Assembly (NCBI GenBank): GCA_964016885.1
Contig: OZ024740.1
Coordinates: forward strand, 18,786,001-18,850,000
Direction of reading: 5' to 3'
DNA length: 64,000 nt
Source: Eledone cirrhosa
Taxonomy: Eukaryota
Shown: positions 27,310 to 42,300 of the stretch, in pieces
Layout of the letters: each line of letters begins with the position of its first letter
How positions within the stretch are numbered: the first letter of the stretch is position 1
Made by a program: the position numbers and the translations under genes
Notes under the pieces: model-generated
What the model was told of the DNA's origin: nothing
The model's database searches: none
Seen by the model: the letters and a program-made list of their open reading frames with translations, nothing else

Positions 27310-30300
27310 GTGTATCTGTTGTACCAGGAATAAACTGGGGTCTGTGGTGTAGCTGTTGTACCAGGAATAACCTGGTGTCTGTGGTGTAGCTGTTGTACCA
27401 GGAATAGTCTGGGGTCTGTGGTGTAGCTGTTGTACCAGGAATAACCTGGTGTCTGTGGTGTAGCTGTTGTACCAGGAATAAACTGGGGTCTGTGGTGTAG
27501 CTGTTGTACCAGGAATAAACTGGGGTCTGTGGTGTAGCTGTTGTACCAGGAATAGCCTGGTACCTGTGGTGTAGCTGTTGTACCAGGAATAGCCTGGGGT
27601 CTGTGGTGTAGCTGTTGTACCAGGAATAACCTGGGGTCTGTGGTGTAGCTGTTGTACCAGGAATAACCTGGGGACTGTGGTGTAGCTGTTGTACCAGGAA
27701 TAACCTGGGGTCTGTGGTGTAGCTGTTGTACCAGGAATAACCTGGGGTCTGTGGTGTAGCTGTTGTACCAGGAATAACCTGGGGTCTGTGGTGTAGCTGT
27801 TGTACCAGGAATAGTCTGGGGACTGTGGTGTAGCTGTTGTACCAGGAATAGCCTGGGGACTGTGGTGTAGCTGTTGTACCAGGAATAGTCTGGGGTCTGT
27901 GGTGTAGCTGTTGTACCAGGAATAACCTGGTGTCTGTGGTGTAGCTGTTGTACCAGGAATAGTCTGGGGTCTGTGGTGTAGCTGTTGTACCAGGAATAGT
28001 CTGGGGTCTGTGGTGTAGCTGTTGTACCAGGAATAGCCTGGGGTCTGTGGTGTAGCTGTTGTACCAGGAATAGCCTGGGGTCTGTGGTGTAGCTGTTGTA
28101 CCAGGAATAGTCTGGGGTCTGTGGTGTAGCTGTTGTACCAGGAATAACCTGGTGTCTGTGGTGTAGCTGTTGTACCAGGAATAGTCTGGGGTCTGTGGTG
28201 TAGCTGTTGTACCAGGAATAGTCTGGGGTCTGTGGTGTAGCTGTTGTACCAGGAATAACCTGGTGTCTGTGGTGTAGCTGTTGTACCAGGAATAGTCTGG
28301 GGTCTGTGGTGTAGCTGTTGTACCAGGAATAAGCTGGTGTCTGTGGTGTAGCTGTTGTACCAGGAATAAGCTGGTGTCTGTGGTGTAGCTGTTGTACCAG
28401 GAATAACCTGGGGTCTGTGGTGTAGCTGTTGTACCAGGAATAGCCTGGGGTCTGTGGTGTAGCTGTTGTACCAGGAATAGTCTGGGGTCTGTGGTGTAGC
28501 TGTTGTACCAGGAATAACCTGGTGTCTGTGGTGTAGCTGTTGTACCAGGAATAGTCTGGGGTCTGTGGTGTAGCTGTTGTACCAGGAATAAGCTGGTGTC
28601 TGTGGTGTAGCTGTTGTACCAGGAATAAGCTGGTGTCTGTGGTGTAGCTGTTGTACCAGGAATAACCTGGGGTCTGTGGTGTAGCTGTTGTACCAGGAAT
28701 AGTCTGGGGTCTGTGGTGTAGCTGTTGTACCAGGAATAAGCTGGTGTCTGTGGTGTAGCTGTTGTACCAGGAATAACCTGGGGTCTGTGGTGTAGCTGTT
28801 GTACCAGGAATAACCTGGGGTCTGTGGTGTAGCTGTTGTACCAGGAATAACCTGGGGTCTGTGGTGTAGCTGTTGTACCAGGAATAACCTGGGGTCTGTG
28901 GTGTAGCTGTTGTACCAGGAATAGTCTGGGGTCTGTGGTGTAGCTGTTGTACCAGGAATAAGCTGGTGTCTGTGGTGTAGCTGTTGTACCAGGAATAAGC
29001 TGGTGTCTGTGGTGTAGCTGTTGTACCAGGAATAACCTGGGGTCTGTGGTGTAGCTGTTGTACCAGGAATAACCTGGTGTCTGTGGTGTAGCTGTTGTAC
29101 CAGGAATAGTCTGGGGTCTGTGGTGTAGCTGTTGTACCAGGAATAGTCTGGGGTCTGTGGTGTAGCTGTTGTACCAGGAATAGTCTGGGGTCTGTGGTGT
29201 AGCTGTTGTACCAGGAATAGTCTGGGGTCTGTGGTGTAGCTGTTGTACCAGGAATAGTCTGGGGTCTGTGGTGTAGCTGTTGTACCAGGAATAGTCTGGG
29301 GTCTGTGGTGTAGCTGTTGTACCAGGAATAGTCTGGGGTCTGTGGTGTAGCTGTTGTACCAGGAATAAGCTGGTGTCTGTGGTGTAGCTGTTGTACCAGG
29401 AATAGTCTGGGGTCTGTGGTGTAGCTGTTGTACCAGGAATAACCTGGGGTCTGTGGTGTAGCTGTTGTACCAGGAATAACCTGGTGTCTGTGGTGTAGCT
29501 GTTGTACCAGGAATAACCTGGGGACTGTGGTGTAGCTGTTGTACCAGGAATAACCTGGGGTCTGTGGTGTAGCTGTTGTACCAGGAATAGTCTGGGGACT
29601 GTGGTGTAGCTGTTGTACCAGGAATAGCCTGGGATCTGTGGTGTAGCTGTTGTACCAGGAATAACCTGGGGTCTGTGGTGTAGCTGTTGTACCAGGAATA
29701 GTCTGGTGTCTGTGGTGTAGCTGTTGTACCAGGAATAACCTGGGGTCTGTGGTGTAGCTGTTGTACCAGGAATAGTCTGGTGTCTGTGGTGTAGCTGTTG
29801 TACCAGGAATAGTCTGGGGTCTGTGGTGTAGCTGTTGTACCAGGAATAGTCTGGGGTCTGTGGTGTAGCTGTTGTACCAGGAATAACCTGGGGTCTGTGG
29901 TGTAGCTGTTGTACCAGGAATAACCTGGGGACTGTGGTGTAGCTGTTGTACCAGGAATAGCCTGGGGTCTGTGGTGTAGCTGTTGTACCAGGAATAGTCT
30001 GGTGTCTGTGGTGTAGCTGTTGTACCAGGAATAGTCTGGGGTCTGTGGTGTAGCTGTTGTACCAGGAATAGTCTGGGGTCTGTGGTGTAGCTGTTGTACC
30101 AGGAATAACCTGGTGTCTGTGGTGTAGCTGTTGTACCAGGAATAACCTGGGGACTGTGGTGTAGCTGTTGTACCAGGAATAGCCTGGGGTCTGTGGTGTA
30201 GCTGTTGTACCAGGAATAACCTGGGGTCTGTGGTGTAGCTGTTGTACCAGGAATAACCTGGGGTCTGTGGTGTAGCTGTTGTACCAGGAATAGTCTGGGG

Positions 30301-33300
30301 TCTGTGGTGTAGCTGTTGTACCAGGAATAGTCTGGTGTCTGTGGTGTAGCTGTTGTACCAGGAATAGTCTGGTGTCTGTGGTGTAGCTGTTGTACCAGGA
30401 ATAGTCTGGGGTCTGTGGTGTAGCTGTTGTACCAGGAATAGTCTGGGGTCTGTGGTGTAGCTGTTGTACCAGGAATAGTCTGGGGTCTGTGGTGTAGCTG
30501 TTGTACCAGGAATAACCTGGGGTCTGTGGTGTAGCTGTTGTACCAGGAATAGTCTGGTGTCTGTGGTGTAGCTGTTGTACCAGGAATAGTCTGGGGTCTG
30601 TGGTGTAGCTGTTGTACCAGGAATAGTCTGGGGTCTGTGGTGTAGCTGTTGTACCAGGAATAACCTGGTGTCTGTGGTGTAGCTGTTGTACCAGGAATAA
30701 CCTGGGGACTGTGGTGTAGCTGTTGTACCAGGAATAGCCTGGGGTCTGTGGTGTAGCTGTTGTACCGGGAATAGTCTGGGGACTGTGGTGTAGCTGTTGT
30801 ACCAGGAATAGTCTGGGGTCTGTGGTGTAGCTGTTGTACCAGGAATAGTCTGGGGACTGTGGTGTAGCTGTTGTACCAGGAATAACCTGGGGTCTGTGGT
30901 GTAGCTGTTGTACCAGGAATAGTCTGGGGTCTGTGGTGTAGCTGTTGTACCAGGAATAACCTGGGGTCTGTGGTGTAGCTGTTGTACCAGGAATAGTCTG
31001 GGGTCTGTGGTGTAGCTGTTGTACCAGGAATAACCTGGGGTCTGTGGTGTAGCTGTTGTACCAGGAATAACGTGAGGTCTGTGGTGTAGCTGTTGTACCA
31101 GGAATAACCTGGGGACTGTGGTGTAGCTGTTGTACCAGGAATAACCTGGGGTCTGTGGTGTAGCTGTTGTACCGGGAATAGTCTGGGGACTGTGGTGTAG
31201 CTGTTGTACCAGGAATAGTCTGGGGTCTGTGGTGTAGCTGTTGTACCAGGAATAACCTGGGGTCTGTGGTGTAGCTGTTGTACCAGGAATAACCTGGGGT
31301 CTGTGGTGTAGCTGTTGTACCAGGAATAACGTGAGGTCTGTGGTGTAGCTGTTGTACCAGGAATAACCTGGGGACTGTGGTGTAGCTGTTGTACCAGGAA
31401 TAACCTGGGGTCTGTGGTGTAGCTGTTGTACCAGGAATAACCTGGGGTCTGTGGTGTAGCTGTTGTACCAGGAATAGTCTGGGGTCTGTGGTGTAGCTGT
31501 TGTACCAGGAATAGTCTGGGGTCTGTGGTGTAGCTGTTGTACCAGGAATAGCCTGGGGTCTGTGGTGTAGCTGTTGTACCAGGAATAACGTGAGGTCTGT
31601 GGTGTAGCTGTTGTACCAGGAATAGTCTGGGGTCTGTGGTGTAGCTGTTGTACCAGGAATAACCTGGGATCTGTGGTGTAGCTGTTGTACCAGGAATAGT
31701 CTGGGGACTGTGGTGTAGCTGTTGTACCAGGAATAACCTGGGGTCTGTGGTGTAGCTGTTGTACCAGGAATAACCTGGGGTCTGTGGTGTAGCTGTTGTA
31801 CCAGGAATAGCCTGGGGTCTGTGGTGTAGCTGTTGTACCAGGAATAGTCTGGGGTCTGTGGTGTAGCTGTTGTACCAGGAATAACCTGGGGTCTGTGGTG
31901 TAGCTGTTGTACCAGGAATAGCCTGGGGTCTGTGGTGTAGCTGTTGTACCAGGAATAACCTGGGGTCTGTGGTGTAGCTGTTGTACCAGGAATAACCTGG
32001 GGTCTGTGGTGTAGCTGTTGTACCAGGAATAGTCTGGGGACTGTGGTGTAGCTGTTGTACCAGGAATAACCTGGGATCTGTGGTGTAGCTGTTGTACCAG
32101 GAATAACCTGGGGTCTGTGGTGTAGCTGTTGTACCAGGAATAGTCTGGGGACTGTGGTGTAGCTGTTGTACCAGGAATAGTCTGGGGTCTGTGGTGTAGC
32201 TGTTGTACCAGGAATAACCTGGGGTCTGTGGTGTAGCTGTTGTACCAGGAATAACCTGGTGTCTGTGGTGTAGCTGTTGTACCAGGAATAACCTGGTGTC
32301 TGTGGTGTAGCTGTTGTACCAGGAATAGTCTGGGGTCTGTGGTGTAGCTGTTGTACCAGGAATAACCTGGGATCTGTGGTGTAGCTGTTGTACCAGGAAT
32401 AGTCTGGGGTCTGTGGTGTAGCTGTTGTACCAGGAATAACCTGGGGTCTGTGGTGTAGCTGTTGTACCAGGAATAACCTGGTGTCTGTGGTGTAGCTGTT
32501 GTACCAGGAATAACCTGGTGTCTGTGGTGTAGCTGTTGTACCAGGAATAGTCTGGGGACTGTGGTGTAGCTGTTGTACCAGGAATAACCTGGGGTCTGTG
32601 GTGTAGCTGTTGTACCAGGAATAGCCTGGGGACTGTGGTGTAGCTGTTGTACCAGGAATAACCTGGGGTCTGTGGTGTAGCTGTTGTACCAGGAATAGTC
32701 TGGGGTCTGTGGTGTAGCTGTTGTACCAGGAATAGTCTGGGGTCTGTGGTGTAGCTGTTGTACCAGGAATAGTCTGGGGTCTGTGGTGTAGCTGTTGTAC
32801 CAGGAATAGCCTGGGGTCTGTGGTGTAGCTGTTGTACCAGGAATAACCTGGGGTCTGTGGTGTATCTGTTGTACCAGGAATAGTCTGGGGTCTGTGGTGT
32901 AGCTGTTGTACCAGGAATAGTCTGGGGTCTGTGGTGTAGCTGTTGTACCAGGAATAGTCTGGGGTCTGTGGTGTAGCTGTTGTACCAGGAATAGTCTGGG
33001 GTCTGTGGTGTAGCTGTTGTACCAGGAATAACCTGGTGTCTGTGGTGTAGCTGTTGTACCAGGAATAACCTGGTGTCTGTGGTGTAGCTGTTGTACCAGG
33101 AATAACCTGGGGTCTGTGGTGTAGCTGTTGTACCAGGAATAACCTGGTGTCTGTGGTGTAGCTGTTGTACCAGGAATAACCTGGTGTCTGTGGTGTAGCT
33201 GTTGTACCAGGAATAACCTGGGGTCTGTGGTGTAGCTGTTGTACCAGGAATAACCTGGGGTCTGTGGTGTAGCTGTTGTACCAGGAATAACCTGGGGTCT

Positions 33301-36300
33301 GTGGTGTAGCTGTTGTACCAGGAATAACCTGGGGTCTGTGGTGTAGCTGTTGTACCAGGAATAACCTGGTGTCTGTGGTGTAGCTGTTGTACCAGGAATA
33401 ACCTGGTGTCTGTGGTGTAGCTGTTGTACCAGGAATAACCTGGGGTCTGTGGTGTAGCTGTTGTACCAGGAATAACCTGGTGTCTGTGGTGTAGCTGTTG
33501 TACCAGGAATAACCTGGTGTCTGTGGTGTAGCTGTTGTACCAGGAATAACCTGGGGTCTGTGGTGTAGCTGTTGTACCAGGAATAGTCTGGAGTCTGTGG
33601 TGTAGCTGTTGTACCAGGAATAGCCTGGGGTCTGTGGTGTAGCTGTTGTACCAGGAATAACCTGGGGTCTGTGGTGTAGCTGTTGTACCAGGAATAACCT
33701 GGGGTCTGTGGTGTAGCTGTTGTACCAGGAATAACCTGGGGTCTGTGGTGTAGCTGTTGTACCAGGAATAACCTGGGGTCTGTGGTGTAGCTGTTGTACC
33801 AGGAATAACCTGGTGTCTGTGGTGTAGCTGTTGTACCAGGAATAACCTGGTGTCTGTGGTGTAGCTGTTGTACCAGGAATAACCTGGGGTCTGTGGTGTA
33901 GCTGTTGTACCAGGAATAACCTGGGGTCTGTGGTGTAGCTGTTGTACCAGGAATAACCTGGGGTCTGTGGTGTAGCTGTTGTACCAGGAATAACCTGGGG
34001 TCTGTGGTGTAGCTGTTGTACCAGGAATAACCTGGGGTCTGTGGTGTAGCTGTTGTACCAGGAATAGTCTGGTGTCTGTGGTGTAGCTGTTGTACCAGGA
34101 ATAGTCTGGTGTCTGTGGTGTAGCTGTTGTACCAGGAATAACCTGGTGTCTGTGGTGTAGCTGTTGTACCAGGAATAGTCTGGGGTCTGTGGTGTAGCTG
34201 TTGTACCAGGAATAACCTGGTGTCTGTGGTGTAGCTGTTGTACCAGAAATAGTCTGGGGTCTGTGGTGTAGCTGTTGTACCAGGAATAGTCTGGGGTCTG
34301 TGGTGTAGCTGTTGTACCAGGAATAGTCTGGGGTCTGTGGTGTAGCTGTTGTACCAGGAATAGCCTGGGGTCTGTGGTGTAGCTGTTGTACCAGGAATAA
34401 CCTGGTGTCTGTGGTGTAGCTGTTGTACCAGGAATAGTCTGGGGTCTGTGGTGTAGCTGTTGTACCAGGAATAACCTGGGGTCTGTGGTGTAGCTGTTGT
34501 ACCAGGAATAACCTGGGGTCTGTGGTGTAGCTGTTGTACCAGGAATAGCCTGGGGTCTGTGGTGTAGCTGTTGTACCAGGAATGACCTGGGGTCTGTGGT
34601 GTAGCTGTTGTACCAGGAATAGTCTGGGGTCTGTGGTGTAGCTGTTGTACCAGGAATAGTCTGGGGTCTGTGGTGTAGCTGTTGTACCAGGAATAACCTG
34701 GGGTCTGTGGTGTAGCTGTTGTACCAGGAATGACCTGGGGTCTGTGGTGTAGCTGTTGTACCAGGAATAGTCTGGGGACTGTGGTGTAGCTGTTGTACCA
34801 GGAATAACCTGGTGTCTGTGGTGTAGCTGTTGTACCAGGAATGACCTGGGGTCTGTGGTGTAGCTGTTGTACCAGGAATAACCTGGGGTCTGTGGTGTAG
34901 CTGTTGTACCAGGAATGACCTGGGGTCTGTGGTGTAGCTGTTGTACCAGGAATAACCTGGGGTCTGTGGTGTAGCTGTTGTACCAGGAATAACCTGGGGT
35001 CTGTGGTGTAGCTGTTGTACCAGGAATGACCTGGGGTCTGTGGTGTAGCTGTTGTACCAGGAATAACCTGGGGTCTGTGGTGTAGCTGTTGTACCAGGAA
35101 TAACCTGGGGTCTGTGGTGTAGCTGTTGTACCAGGAATGACCTGGGGTCTGTGGTGTAGCTGTTGTACCAGGAATAACCTGGGGTCTGTGGTGTAGCTGT
35201 TGTACCAGGAATAACCTGGGGTCTGTGGTGTAGCTGTTGTACCAGGAATAACCTGGGGTCTGTGGTGTAGCTGTTGTACCAGGAATAGTCTGGGGTCTGT
35301 GGTGTAGCTGTTGTACCAGGAATAGTCTGGGGTCTGTGGTGTATCTGTTGTACCAGGAATAGTCTGGGGTCTGTGGTGTATCTGTTGTACCAGGAATAGT
35401 CTGGGGTCTGTGGTGTAGCTGTTGTACCAGGAATAGTCTGGGGTCTGTGGTGTAGCTGTTGTACCAGGAATAGTCTGGGGTCTGTGGTGTATCTGTTGTA
35501 CCAGGAATGACCTGGGGTCTGTGGTGTAGCTGTTGTACCAGGAATGACCTGGGGTCTGTGGTGTAGCTGTTGTACCAGGAATGACCTGGGGTCTGTCGTG
35601 TAGCTGTTGTACCAGGAATGACCTGGGGTCTGTGGTGTAGCTGTTGTACCAGGAATGACCTGGGGTCTGTGGTGTAGCTGTTGTACCAGGAATGACCTGG
35701 GGTCTGTGGTGTAGCTGTTGTACCAGGAATAGTCTGGGGTCTGTGGTGTAGCTGTTGTACCAGGAATAGTCTGGGGTCTGTGGTGTAGCTGTTGTACCAG
35801 GAATAGTCTGGGGTCTGTGGTGTAGCTGTTGTACCAGGAATAGTCTGGGGTCTGTGGTGTAGCTGTTGTACCAGGAATAACCTGGGGTCTGTGGTGTAGC
35901 TGTTGTACCAGGAATAGTCTGGGGACTGTGGTGTATCTGTTGTACCAGGAATGACCTGGGGTCTGTGGTGTAGCTGTTGTACCAGGAATGACCTGGGGTC
36001 TGTGGTGTAGCTGTTGTACCAGGAATAGTCTGGGGTCTGTGGTGTATCTGTTGTACCAGGAATGACCTGGGGTCTGTGGTGTAGCTGTTGTACCAGGAAT
36101 AGTCTGGGGTCTGTGGTGTATCTGTTGTACCAGGAATGACCTGGGGTCTGTGGTGTAGCTGTTGTACCAGGAATGACCTGGGGTCTGTGGTGTAGCTGTT
36201 GTACCAGGAATGACCTGGGGTCTGTGGTGTAGCTGTTGTACCAGGAATAACCTGGTGTCTGTGGTGTAGCTGTTGTACCAGGAATAGTCTGGTGTCTGTG

Positions 36301-39300
36301 GTGTAGCTGTTGTACCAGGAATGACCTGGGGTCTGTGGTGTAGCTGTTGTACCAGGAATGACCTGGGGTCTGTGGTGTAGCTGTTGTACCAGGAATGACC
36401 TGGGGTCTGTGGTGTAGCTGTTGTACCAGGAATAACCTGGGGTCTGTGGTGTAGCTGTTGTACCAGGAATGACCTGGGGTCTGTGGTGTAGCTGTTGTAC
36501 CAGGAATGACCTGGGGTCTGTGGTGTAGCTGTTGTACCAGGAATAACCTGGTGTCTGTGGTGTAGCTGTTGTACCAGGAATAGTCTGGGGTCTGTGGTGT
36601 AGCTGTTGTACCAGGAATAGTCTGGGGTCTGTGGTGTAGCTGTTGTACCAGGAATAACCTGGGGTCTGTGGTGTAGCTGTTGTACCAGGAATGACCTGGG
36701 GTCTGTGGTGTAGCTGTTGTACCAGGAATAACCTGGTGTCTGTGGTGTAGCTGTTGTACCAGGAATAGTCTGGTGTCTGTGGTGTAGCTGTTGTACCAGG
36801 AATGACCTGGGGTCTGTGGTGTAGCTGTTGTACCAGGAATGACCTGGGGTCTGTGGTGTAGCTGTTGTACCAGGAATGACCTGGGGTCTGTGGTGTAGCT
36901 GTTGTACCAGGAATAACCTGGGGTCTGTGGTGTAGCTGTTGTACCAGGAATGACCTGGGGTCTGTGGTGTAGCTGTTGTACCAGGAATGACCTGGGGTCT
37001 GTGGTGTAGCTGTTGTACCAGGAATAACCTGGTGTCTGTGGTGTAGCTGTTGTACCAGGAATGACCTGGGGTCTGTGGTGTAGCTGTTGTACCAGGAATA
37101 ACCTGGTGTCTGTGGTGTAGCTGTTGTACCAGGAATAGTCTGGTGTCTGTGGTGTAGCTGTTGTACCAGGAATAGCCTGGGGTCTGTGGTGTAGCTGTTG
37201 TACCAGGAATAACCTGGGGTCTGTGGTGTAGCTGTTGTACCAGGAATAACCTGGGGTCTGTGGTGTAGCTGTTGTACCAGGAATAGTCTGGGGTCTGTGG
37301 TGTAGCTGTTGTACCAGGAATAGCCTGGGGTCTGTGGTGTAGCTGTTGTACCAGGAATAACCTGGGGTCTGTGGTGTAGCTGTTGTACCAGGAATAGTCT
37401 GGTGTCTGTGGTGTAGCTGTTGTACCAGGAATAGCCTGGGGTCTGTGGTGTAGCTGTTGTACCAGGAATAACCTGGGGTCTGTGGTGTAGCTGTTGTACC
37501 AGGAATAGTCTGGTGTCTGTGGTGTAGCTGTTGTACCAGGAATAGCCTGGGGTCTGTGGTGTAGCTGTTGTACCAGGAATAACCTGGGGTCTGTGGTGTA
37601 GCTGTTGTACCAGGAATAGCCTGGGGTCTGTGGTGTAGCTGTTGTACCAGGAATAACCTGGGGTCTGTGGTGTAGCTGTTGTACCAGGAATAACCTGGGG
37701 TCTGTGGTGTAGCTGTTGTACCAGGAATAACCTGGGGTCTGTGGTGTAGCTGTTGTACCAGGAATAACCTGGGGTCTGTGGTGTAGCTGTTGTACCAGGA
37801 ATAACCTGGTGTCTGTGGTGTAGCTGTTGTACCAGGAATAGTCTGGGGTCTGTGGTGTAGCTGTTGTACCAGGAATAACCTGGGGTCTGTGGTGTAGCTG
37901 TTGTACCAGGAATAGTCTGGGGTCTGTGGTGTAGCTGTTGTACCAGGAATAACCTGGGGTCTGTGGTGTAGCTGTTGTACCAGGAATAGTCTGGGGTCTG
38001 TGGTGTAGCTGTTGTACCAGGAATAGCCTGGGGTCTGTGGTGTAGCTGTTGTACCAGGAATAGTCTGGGGTCTGTGGTGTAGCTGTTGTACCAGGAATAG
38101 TCTGGGGTCTGTGGTGTAGCTGTTGTACCAGGAATAACCTGGGGTCTGTGGTGTAGCTGTTGTACCAGGAATAGTCTGGGGTCTGTGGTGTAGCTGTTGT
38201 ACCAGGAATAACCTGGGGTCTGTGGTGTAGCTGTTGTACCAGGAATAGTCTGGGGTCTGTGGTGTAGCTGTTGTACCAGGAATAACCTGGGGTCTGTGGT
38301 GTAGCTGTTGTACCAGGAATAGTCTGGGGTCTGTGGTGTAGCTGTTGTACCAGGAATAGTCTGGGGTCTGTGGTGTAGCTGTTGTACCAGGAATAGTCTG
38401 GGGTCTGTGGTGTAGCTGTTGTACCAGGAATAGCCTGGGGTCTGTGGTGTAGCTGTTGTACCAGGAATAGTCTGGGGTCTGTGGTGTAGCTGTTGTACCA
38501 GGAATAGTCTGGGGTCTGTGGTGTAGCTGTTGTACCAGGAATAGTCTGGGGTCTGTGGTGTAGCTGTTGTACCAGGAATAGTCTGGGGTCTGTGGTGTAG
38601 CTGTTGTACCAGGAATAGTCTGGGGTCTGTGGTGTATCTGTTGTACCAGGAATAACCTGGGGTCTGTGGTGTAGCTGTTGTACCAGGAATAACCTGGTGT
38701 CTGTGGTGTAGCTGTTGTACCAGGAATAACCTGGTGTCTGTGGTGTAGCTGTTGTACCAGGAATAACCTGGTGTCTGTGGTGTAGCTGTTGTACCAGGAA
38801 TAGTCTGGGGTCTGTGGTGTAGCTGTTGTACCAGGAATAACCTGGTGTCTGTGGTGTAGCTGTTGTACCAGGAATAGTCTGGGGTCTGTGGTGTAGCTGT
38901 TGTACCAGGAATAACCTGGTGTCTGTGGTGTAGCTGTTGTACCAGGAATAACCTGGTGTCTGTGGTGTAGCTGTTGTACCAGGAATAACCTGGGGTCTGT
39001 GGTGTAGCTGTTGTACCAGGAATAGTCTGGGGACTGTGGTGTAGCTGTTGTACCAGGAATAACCTGGGGTCTGTGGTGTAGCTGTTGTACCAGGAATAAC
39101 CTGGTGTCTGTGGTGTAGCTGTTGTACCAGGAATAACCTGGGGTCTGTGGTGTAGCTGTTGTACCAGGAATAGTCTGGGGTCTGTGGTGTAGCTGTTGTA
39201 CCAGGAATAACCTGGGGTCTGTGGTGTAGCTGTTGTACCAGGAATAACCTGGTGTCTGTGGTGTAGCTGTTGTACCAGGAATAGCCTGGGGTCTGTGGTG

Positions 39301-42300
39301 TAGCTGTTGTACCAGGAATAGTCTGGGGTCTGTGGTGTAGCTGTTGTACCAGGAATAACCTGGTGTCTGTGGTGTAGCTGTTGTACCAGGAATAACCTGG
39401 GGTCTGTGGTGTAGCTGTTGTACCAGGAATAACCTGGTGTCTGTGGTGTAGCTGTTGTACCAGGAATAACCTGGGGTCTGTGGTGTAGCTGTTGTACCAG
39501 GAATAGTCTGGGGTCTGTGGTGTAGCTGTTGTACCAGGAATAACCTGGGGTCTGTGGTGTAGCTGTTGTACCAGGAATAGTCTGGGGTCTGTGGTGTAGC
39601 TGTTGTACCAGGAATAACCTGGGGTCTGTGGTGTAGCTGTTGTACCAGGAATAGTCTGGGGACTGTGGTGTAGCTGTTGTACCAGGAATAGTCTGGGGTC
39701 TGTGGTGTAGCTGTTGTACCAGGAATAGTCTGGGGTCTGTGGTGTAGCTGTTGTACCAGGAATAACCTGGGGTCTGTGGTGTAGCTGTTGTACCAGGAAT
39801 AGTCTGGGGACTGTGGTGTAGCTGTTGTACCAGGAATAGTCTGGGGACTGTGGTGTAGCTGTTGTACCAGGAATAGTCTGGGGACTGTGGTGTAGCTGTT
39901 GTACCAGGAATAACCTGGTGTCTGTGGTGTAGCTGTTGTACCAGGAATAGTCTGGGGACTGTGGTGTAGCTGTTGTACCAGGAATAGTCTGGGGACTGTG
40001 GTGTAGCTGTTGTACCAGGAATAGTCTGGGGTCTGTGGTGTAGCTGTTGTACCAGGAATAACCTGGGGTCTGTGGTGTAGCTGTTGTACCAGGAATAACC
40101 TGGTGTCTGTGGTGTAGCTGTTGTACCAGGAATAACCTGGTGTCTGTGGTGTAGCTGTTGTACCAGGAATAGCCTGGGGTCTGTGGTGTAGCTGTTGTAC
40201 CAGGAATAGTCTGGGGTCTGTGGTGTAGCTGTTGTACCAGGAATAGTCTGGGGTCTGTGGTGTAGCTGTTGTACCAGGAATAACCTGGGGTCTGTGGTGT
40301 AGCTGTTGTACCAGGAATAACCTGGGGTCTGTGGTGTAGCTGTTGTACCAGGAATAACCTGGTGTCTGTGGTGTAGCTGTTGTACCAGGAATGACCTGGG
40401 GTCTGTGGTGTAGCTGTTGTACTAGGAATAACCTGGGGTCTGTGGTGTAGCTGTTGTACCAGGAATAACCTGGGGTCTGTGGTGTAGCTGTTGTACCGGG
40501 AATAGTCTGGGGACTGTGGTGTAGCTGTTGTACCAGGAATAGCCTGGGGTCTGTGGTGTAGCTGTTGTACCAGGAATAGCCTGGGGTCTGTGGTGTAGCT
40601 GTTGTACCAGGAATAACCTGGGGTCTGTGGTGTAGCTGTTGTACCAGGAATGACCTGGGGTCTGTGGTGTAGCTGTTGTACCGGGAATAGTCTGGGGACT
40701 GTGGTGTAGCTGTTGTACCAGGAATAACCTGGGGTCTGTGGTGTAGCTGTTGTACCAGGAATGACCTGGGGTCTGTGGTGTAGCTGTTGTACTAGGAATA
40801 ACCTGGGGTCTGTGGTGTAGCTGTTGTACCAGGAATAACCTGGGGTCTGTGGTGTAGCTGTTGTACCGGGAATAGTCTGGGGACTGTGGTGTAGCTGTTG
40901 TACCAGGAATAGCCTGGGGTCTGTGGTGTAGCTGTTGTACCAGGAATAGCCTGGGGTCTGTGGTGTAGCTGTTGTACCAGGAATAACCTGGGGTCTGTGG
41001 TGTAGCTGTTGTACCGGGAATAGTCTGGGGACTGTGGTGTAGCTGTTGTACCAGGAATAGCCTGGGGTCTGTGGTGTAGCTGTTGTACCAGGAATAGTCT
41101 GGGGTCTGTGGTGTAGCTGTTGTACCAGGAATAACCTGGTGTCTGTGGTGTAGCTGTTGTACCAGGAATAACCTGGGGTCTGTGGTGTAGCTGTTGTACC
41201 AGGAATAACCTGGTGTCTGTGGTGTAGCTGTTGTACCAGGAATAGCCTGGGGTCTGTGGTGTAGCTGTTGTACCAGGAATAACCTGGTGTCTGTGGTGTA
41301 GCTGTTGTACCAGGAATAGCCTGGGGTCTGTGGTGTAGCTGTTGTACCAGGAATAACCTGGTGTCTGTGGTGTAGCTGTTGTACCAGGAATAGCCTGGGG
41401 TCTGTGGTGTAGCTGTTGTACCAGGAATAACCTGGTGTCTGTGGTGTAGCTGTTGTACCAGGAATAGCCTGGGGTCTGTGGTGTAGCTGTTGTACCAGGA
41501 ATAACCTGGGGTCTGTGGTGTAGCTGTTGTACCAGGAATAGCCTGGGGTCTGTGGTGTAGCTGTTGTACCAGGAATAGTCTGGGGTCTGTGGTGTAGCTG
41601 TTGTACCAGGAATAACCTGGGGTCTGTGGTGTAGCTGTTGTACCAGGAATAGCCTGGGGTCTGTGGTGTAGCTGTTGTACCAGGAATAGTCTGGGGTCTG
41701 TGGTGTAGCTGTTGTACCAGGAATAGTCTGGGGTCTGTGGTGTAGCTGTTGTACCAGGAATAACCTGGTGTCTGTGGTGTAGCTGTTGTACCAGGAATAA
41801 CCTGGGGTCTGTGGTGTAGCTGTTGTACCAGGAATAACCTGGTGTCTGTGGTGTAGCTGTTGTACCAGGAATAACCTGGGGTCTGTGGTGTAGCTGTTGT
41901 ACCAGGAATAACCTGGTGTCTGTGGTGTAGCTGTTGTACCAGGAATAACCTGGTGTCTGTGGTGTAGCTGTTGTACCAGGAATAGCCTGGGGTCTGTGGT
42001 GTAGCTGTTGTACCAGGAATAGTCTGGGGTCTGTGGTGTAGCTGTTGTACCAGGAATAGTCTGGGGTCTGTGGTGTAGCTGTTGTACCAGGAATAACCTG
42101 GGGTCTGTGGTGTAGCTGTTGTACCAGGAATAACCTGGTGTCTGTGGTGTAGCTGTTGTACCAGGAATAACCTGGGGTCTGTGGTGTAGCTGTTGTACCA
42201 GGAATAACCTGGTGTCTGTGGTGTAGCTGTTGTACCAGGAATAACCTGGGGTCTGTGGTGTAGCTGTTGTACCAGGAATAGTCTGGGGTCTGTGGTGTAG